Assembly: GCA_963813025.1 (NCBI GenBank)
Contig: CAWEXO010000006.1
Span: 1 to 20,262, forward strand
Reading direction: 5' to 3'
Length of the DNA stretch: 20,262 bases
Source of the DNA: an uncultured Verrucomicrobiae bacterium
Lineage (GTDB): Bacteria; Verrucomicrobiota; Verrucomicrobiia; Chthoniobacterales; JAFAMB01
Position numbers and translations under genes: made by a program. The notes beneath the pieces are model-generated. The model searched no databases. It had not been told where the DNA came from and worked only from the letters and a program-made list of their open reading frames with translations. Positions 15,706-20,262 of this stretch are shown piece by piece (positions within the stretch are counted from its first letter, which is position 1; each line of letters starts with the position of its first letter).

Positions 15706-17898
15706 ATGAGCTGGGTCACGATCATTTGGACGATGGTCGCATCCGCCTGTCTCACGCTGGGCGTGGTGCATGTGCTGGTCTGGTGGTACCGACCTGGGGC
15801 GCGCGCCAATCTGCTTTTTGCGCTGACGGCGGTGGGGACCGCAGGCTTGGGGGCGAGCGAGTTGTGGATGATGCGGGCGGAGACGCCCGAAGCATTCGGC
15901 CTGGCGCTACGCTGGGGTTATGTGCCCGTCTGGGTGCTGATCCTATCGCTCGTCGGATTCGTGCGGGTCTATTTGCGGGTTGGGCGTTTATGGCTGGCCT
16001 GGACGATCTGCGGCGTACGGACGCTATCGCTGATCCTTAATTTTGTTTGCACCCCGAATCTCAACTATCGGGAGATCAACGGCCTTCGACACGTCTCTTT
16101 TCTCGGTGAAAGAGTCGCTATCGCTGAGGGGGTTCCGAACCCATTGATGCTGATCGGCCAGTTGGGGCTGCTGTTGCTGGTGATCTTTGTGGCGGATGCC
16201 GCGATCACCGTCTGGCGGCGGGGTGACCGGCGACAGGCGCTGTTGGTCGGCGGCAGCATGGTTTTCTTTGTTTTGGCAGGAGCAGGGCAGGCGAGCCTGG
16301 TGCTCTGGGGAATCATTCATGTGCCAATCACAGCGAGCTTGTTCTATATGTCGATCGTGGCGGTGATGGGCTACGAACTGAGCCAGGATGTGTTCCGCGC
16401 CTCGTGGCTGTCGGATGAACTACGCGAGACCCGGGAGCAGATGGCCCTCGCGACTGATGCCGCCAACCTGGCCATGTGGGCGTGGGATGTGTTGAAAGAT
16501 GAGGTTTGGATGACGGATAAAGGACGCGCTTTGTTTGCCTTCGCACCGGACACACGCCTGGACTATGCGAAGCTGATCACGCGGATACATTCCGATGACC
16601 GAGTAGCCCGAGAGGCGGCGATCAGGCGCGCGATCGATACCCAGGGTGAATACAACATGGAATATCGGGTGCTGTTGCCGGATGGGACGCAGCGTTGGAT
16701 CGACGCGCGGGGGCACTGTATGAAGGTTGGGGACGCCAAAGGCCTCCGGCTCCTTGAAGTCTCGCTGGATGTGACCGCGCAGAAGCAGGCGCAGGACCGG
16801 TTTCGGCTCGTTGTAGAATCTTCTCCGGACGGTATCGTTCTGTTCGACGCGCAAGGTCACATCGTGCTGGTGAACGCCCGCGTGGAAAAGATGTTTGGTT
16901 ATGGACGCGATGAACTCACCGGACAACGCATCGAACTCCTCGTGCCGGAACGGTTCCGCAGTGAGCGCCCTACTCATGGGGTCGACCTTCATGCCGCCCC
17001 TGCCGCCCGGGCCGCGGGGGCCGGCCTGGAGGTCTTCGCCCGGCGGAAGGACGGGACCGAGTTCCCGGTCGAGATCGGGATCAGCCCCATCCAAAGCCAG
17101 GAAGGCGCGCTGGTTTTGAGCGTCATCGTGGATATCTCCGCCCGCAAGCGGGCCGAAGCGGAAGCACGGCAGCACCGCGAAGAGCTCGCGCACCTCAGCC
17201 GCGTCGGACTCATGGGAGAAATGGCCGGAGCACTGGCGCACGAGCTTAACCAGCCGCTGACCGGCATCGTAAACAACGCCAGCGCTGGCCGACGTTTCAT
17301 CGCCAAGGGGCGTGCGGAGCTGCCGAAACTCGACGCCCTATTCGAAGCCGTCGTCGCGGACGGGCACCGGGCGGGTGAGATTATCCGGGGCATTCGTGGT
17401 ATGGTGCGCAAAGGCGAGGAAGTCCGCGGCCCCGTGAACCTCAACGACGCCATCGGCAGTGTGCTGCGGTTCGCCCGCTCGGACGCGCTCGGACACCGCT
17501 GCGCGCTGGTCACGGAGATCGATCCGAAGTTGCCGTTGGTTGAAGCAGATCTGGTGCAGCTCCAGCAAGTGCTGCTCAACCTCGTTGTGAATGCCCTTGA
17601 AGCGATGCGCAATACGCCGGCCGCCGAGCGTCGCATGATCATCCGCAGTGAGCGCGAATTCGGCGGTCGGGTGCGAGTGAGCGTGCGCGATTTCGGCACC
17701 GGGCTGCCCGCGGAAGATCCCCTGCGAATTTTCGAGCGGTTCTTTTCAACCAAGCGCGACGGGATGGGCATGGGCCTCGCCATCGCGCGTTCAATCATCG
17801 CGTCGCACGGCGGCGAGTTGGCTGCGGCGAATGCCCAGGGTGGCGGCGCGTGTGTGCATTTCTCGCTGCCGGTCATCGCAGAAGGCCATGGAGGATGA
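15706..17898 (+). CDS. Membrane-bound PAS-PAS sensor histidine kinase (FixL/NodV-like), 730 aa
   Basis: ~7 N-terminal TM segments and two PAS/PAC domains (IHSDDR...EYRVLLPDG...DVT; LVNARVEKMFGY...RRKDGTEFPVEI...DIS). H-box LAHELNQPL, N-box QVLLNLVVNA, G boxes DFGTG and GMGMGL. Confidence 0.96.
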   Translation: MSWVTIIWTMVASACLTLGVVHVLVWWYRPGARANLLFALTAVGTAGLGASELWMMRAETPEAFGLALRWGYVPVWVLILSLVGFVRVYLRVGRLWLAWTICGVRTLSLILNFVCTPNLNYREINGLRHVSFLGERVAIAEGVPNPLMLIGQLGLLLLVIFVADAAITVWRRGDRRQALLVGGSMVFFVLAGAGQASLVLWGIIHVPITASLFYMSIVAVMGYELSQDVFRASWLSDELRETREQMALATDAANLAMWAWDVLKDEVWMTDKGRALFAFAPDTRLDYAKLITRIHSDDRVAREAAIRRAIDTQGEYNMEYRVLLPDGTQRWIDARGHCMKVGDAKGLRLLEVSLDVTAQKQAQDRFRLVVESSPDGIVLFDAQGHIVLVNARVEKMFGYGRDELTGQRIELLVPERFRSERPTHGVDLHAAPAARAAGAGLEVFARRKDGTEFPVEIGISPIQSQEGALVLSVIVDISARKRAEAEARQHREELAHLSRVGLMGEMAGALAHELNQPLTGIVNNASAGRRFIAKGRAELPKLDALFEAVVADGHRAGEIIRGIRGMVRKGEEVRGPVNLNDAIGSVLRFARSDALGHRCALVTEIDPKLPLVEADLVQLQQVLLNLVVNALEAMRNTPAAERRMIIRSEREFGGRVRVSVRDFGTGLPAEDPLRIFERFFSTKRDGMGMGLAIARSIIASHGGELAAANAQGGGACVHFSLPVIAEGHGG

Positions 17899-17931
17899 GA
17901 GCATCGTGACAGTCGATGGAGGACGAGACGC

Positions 17932-18621
17932 ATGAGAGAGCTGGAATCGCGCGTTTTCGTGGTGGATGACGACCGCTCGGTCCGAACGAGCCTCGCTAAT
18001 TTGCTGGCGACAGAGGACTACGCGGTCGAGATCTTCGCCAGCGCCGACGAATACTTCGCACGCGTGCCACACCCCGGTCCAGCCTGCCTCGTGCTAGACG
18101 TGCAGCTGCCGGGACTCGACGGACTCGCCCTGCAGCGACAACTCACGAAGGAGGGTAGAATGGAGCAAATAGTCTTCATCGCCGGGCACGGTGATATACC
18201 AATGGCGATCGGTGCGATGAAAAGCGGGGCGTCCGATTTTTTGCCAAAACCGTTTAGGGACAACGAACTGCTCTCCGCCGTAACGAAGGCGCTGGTGCGA
18301 TCCGCCGAGCAGTGGCAGCAGCGCGGCGAGATGGCGGAAAACCGCGCGCGACTGGCGAAGCTCACGCCACGAGAGTTTGAGGTCTTTCGGTTGGTGATCG
18401 CCGGACTGCTCAACAAGCAGATTGGCGCGGAACTCGGTATCACCCTTCGCACAGTTAAGACCCATCGCGCTCGCGTGATGCAGAAGATGGGCGTGGTCTC
18501 CGTGGCCGAGTTGGTAGGGCTGGCGCAGAAGGCAGGCATAGCGCCCGCGCTGTTGCATGGCCCCAAGGGACAATGGCGATCGCAGCGCGAAAACGTATGC
18601 TTGGTCCGGCACTTGGAGTAG
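17932..18621 (+). CDS. FixJ/NodW-family response regulator (REC plus LuxR HTH)
   Basis: VFVVDDD, CLVLDVQLPG, DFLPKPF, LTPREFEVF...GLLNKQIGAELGITLRTVKTHRARVMQKM. Confidence 0.96.
   Translation: MRELESRVFVVDDDRSVRTSLANLLATEDYAVEIFASADEYFARVPHPGPACLVLDVQLPGLDGLALQRQLTKEGRMEQIVFIAGHGDIPMAIGAMKSGASDFLPKPFRDNELLSAVTKALVRSAEQWQQRGEMAENRARLAKLTPREFEVFRLVIAGLLNKQIGAELGITLRTVKTHRARVMQKMGVVSVAELVGLAQKAGIAPALLHGPKGQWRSQRENVCLVRHLE
18556..18601 (+). promoter_or_regulatory. Palindromic box plus -10 inside the regulator's 3' end (site 3)
   Basis: CATGGCCCCAAGGGACAATG (18556-18575), 20 nt, then TATGCT (18596-18601), which lies 35 nt before ATG 18637. Confidence 0.5.
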
Positions 18622-18636
18622 ATCCGGTGCTGATCC

Positions 18637-19014
18637 ATGTGTGCAGAGCCTGAATCCATATGCATTCTCGATGACGATACATCGGTGAGAAATTCGATTG
18701 AGCAACTGCTCGATTCGGATGGGCGGCAGGCACTGAGTTTCAAAACCGCAGAGGAGTTGATCGCGCATGCCCGCACCCATCCAGTGTCCTTGACCGTTCT
18801 CGATGTGTGGATGCCGGAAACGAGCGGCCTGGAAGTGCAGGCGCAGCTGCGCGAGACCTCGCCCGATACAAAAGTGATTGTTGTGACCGGCCGGGAAACG
18901 CCCGCAATTCGTGCAGCTGCGCTGGAACGTGGCGCGTTTGCCTTTCTCGTGAAGCCTTTCGACGACGAGGCGTTTCTTTCGCTTGTCAATCAGGCGCTCC
19001 TCTCCGCGGCGTGA
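18637..19014 (+). CDS. Single-domain response regulator (receiver)
   Basis: ICILDDD, VLDVWMPETSG, VIVVTG, FLVKPF; 125 aa. Confidence 0.95.
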   Translation: MCAEPESICILDDDTSVRNSIEQLLDSDGRQALSFKTAEELIAHARTHPVSLTVLDVWMPETSGLEVQAQLRETSPDTKVIVVTGRETPAIRAAALERGAFAFLVKPFDDEAFLSLVNQALLSAA

Positions 19015-19041
19015 GCACTGCGCGGAACCGCGGCGTAGTCC

Positions 19042-19061
19042 AGCACCTCCAAGGTGCAATA
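19042..19061 (+). promoter_or_regulatory. Partial palindromic box (site 4)
   Basis: AGCACCTCCAAGGTGCAATA; the right half matches the consensus AAGGTNCAATA. Confidence 0.35.
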
Positions 19062-19159
19062 TACAGCTCACCGCTGCACTCAGACGAATTCCTTCTGGGA
19101 GTTTCGCGAAAGGACCTCAGATCTTGACTCTGCCGGTCTCTGGTCACGCGACCAGGGGC

Positions 19160-19205
19160 TATGGGACTAGGTGCAATACCCATCCCTGAGGCAAGTCGAT
19201 ACGCT
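19160..19205 (+). promoter_or_regulatory. Palindromic box plus -10 (site 5)
   Basis: TATGGGACTAGGTGCAATA (19160-19178, one nt short), 21 nt, then TACGCT (19200-19205). Confidence 0.5.
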
Positions 19206-19324
19206 TCTTTCGTGGAAAATTCTGATACGACTTTTGCGACACCAGTGATCCCAAAGTTCCCGCAAATGAGGCACATCATGCGAATCCTCGAGCGCTCGCC
19301 TCCAGCGCAGCCCGCTGCTCATCC

Positions 19325-19803
19325 AGGACCGGCTCAGAAACGCCGTGGCTCAGGCGCGCACGTCTCTCAATTTGCGCTGCCGCTCTGCTGAATCTCGCCG
19401 CGTGCAGCACTCAGAGCGGCTCAATCAGCCTGCAAGGCAAACCGCTGTCTGGGAACGTGACAATGACTCAGGTCCAGGCTGCCTATATAGGCAGCGGCAA
19501 TGCGGGCAAAGGAACCCTAAGGTACCGGGGACGTGGCTATCCATTCACCGTCGGTGGGCTCGCTGTTGGAGGGATCGGCATCTCGAAGATCGAGGCGAAG
19601 GGCCAGGTCTACGGACTGGAGCGCCTCAACGACTTCCCGGGCGCGTATGTTCAGGGCTGCTATGGCTTCGCCCTGGGGGGACGGCGAGCACGGGCGACCT
19701 GTGGCTGAAAGAACTGAAATGGGTGATCATGCGTCTGGTCGCAAAGCGGCAAGGGCTCATGCTGAGTCTGGGCGGCGACGCCGTCGTTATCCAAATGCAG
19801 TGA
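19325..19803 (+). pseudogene. DUF1134/EipA-like lipoprotein, copy 2 (several frameshifts)
   Basis: LSICAAALLNLAACSTQSGSISLQGKPLSGNVTMTQVQAAYIGSG...GFALG / TASTGDLWLK...VIMRLVAKRQGLMLSLGGDAVVIQMQ*. Indels near 19347, 19680 and 19710-19722. The start position is approximate. Confidence 0.7.
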
Positions 19804-19933
19804 CATCGGACCGCGGGCATCCGCATCCGGGCCAGCGTTATTCGTAAGGAAGCGTTTCCCTCCCCCGCCGACCAAGCACTCCGCTCCGCGGCGTGATCGG
19901 TGCGGGAGTCCGCGGGTCCGCGCCGCAGCCCAG

Positions 19934-19952
19934 CATAGCCCAAGGTACCATA
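19934..19952 (+). promoter_or_regulatory. Palindromic box upstream of the FGE-domain gene (site 6)
   Basis: CATAGCCCAAGGTACCATA, very similar to site 2, 64 nt before ATG 20017. No clean -10 at the expected spacing. Confidence 0.45.
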
Positions 19953-20016
19953 TACAAATCAAAGCCCTCCGCGGTCTATTTACGACTGCTGGAATCACCT
20001 ATGCGTTTTCTCGCGG

Positions 20017-20262
20017 ATGAAAGGTCGGAGCGTCCCTCGTAGTGCGATCGCCACGATTTTGGAAGGCGCTCAACTCGCGTTGTTACTTTGCGTTCTTCTT
20101 GGGATTGCCTCGACACTGGTGGGCTCAAAAGGAACATCGGTAAGCGCGAACACTGCTGCCGCGAATTCCGATGAGCGGTCCGAGCATCAAGATCGCAGGC
20201 TGGCGCCGCCGGGAACGGTCTGGATCCCGGGAGGCACGTTCCTGATGGGAACCGACGATAAA
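20017..20262 (+). CDS. Formylglycine-generating enzyme (FGE-sulfatase/SUMF1) family protein, 5' part (runs off the window)
   Basis: Open frame from ATG 20017 with a hydrophobic signal/TM segment followed by APPGTVWIPGGTFLMGTDDK, the typical start of the FGE-sulfatase domain. Not in the ORF track because no stop is reached. Confidence 0.85.
   Translation, partial: MKGRSVPRSAIATILEGAQLALLLCVLLGIASTLVGSKGTSVSANTAAANSDERSEHQDRRLAPPGTVWIPGGTFLMGTDDK

Larger units (their letters stand above)
19118..19803 (+). repeat. Diverged ~690-bp duplication, copy 2
   Basis: Colinear with 12358-13046. Confidence 0.9.

Noticed and set aside
15706..18621. Assigning gene symbols fixL/fixJ
   Set aside because: Family-level similarity only; no fix/nif context and no evidence of heme-based oxygen sensing.
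16420..19071. Long minus-strand ORFs (273, 314, 323 and 325 aa)
   Set aside because: Antisense shadows of the GC-rich two-component genes.
19161..19391. 76-aa ORF in the duplicated leader as a conserved small protein
   Set aside because: The frame is not kept in copy 1 (stops and indels), so the conservation is better explained as regulatory.

Overview
Left part of a decaying genomic island inserted at the 3' end of a tRNA-Glu(TTC) gene. The host is probably a Verrucomicrobiota (Chthoniobacterales-like) bacterium, inferred only from the style of the outer-membrane proteins and the integrase fragment. Bases 1-12,300 are a mosaic. They hold degenerate tRNA/att relics, an intact Mrr-like PD-(D/E)xK nuclease with an unrecognised C-terminal domain, and a divergent pair of unannotated, frameshifted AP2-like DNA-binding genes. 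They also hold two IS3-family elements, a SnoaL-like protein, a secreted 15-aa-repeat protein, and fragments of SRAP, tyrosine integrase and phage-like genes. One IS3 splits a 444-aa 2TM/coiled-coil/OmpA-like gene. Bases 12,350-20,262 form an envelope/regulatory module: two diverged DUF1134-like lipoprotein pseudogene copies, two beta-barrel genes, a FixL/FixJ-like two-component system with a stand-alone receiver, and the start of an FGE-sulfatase-domain gene. This module carries six copies of a ~20-bp palindrome (TATKGNACC-WW-GGTNCMATA). Four copies sit 20-21 bp upstream of a TAnnnT -10 element, which suggests an undescribed self-contained regulon. All family assignments are by-eye motif recognition; no searches were run.
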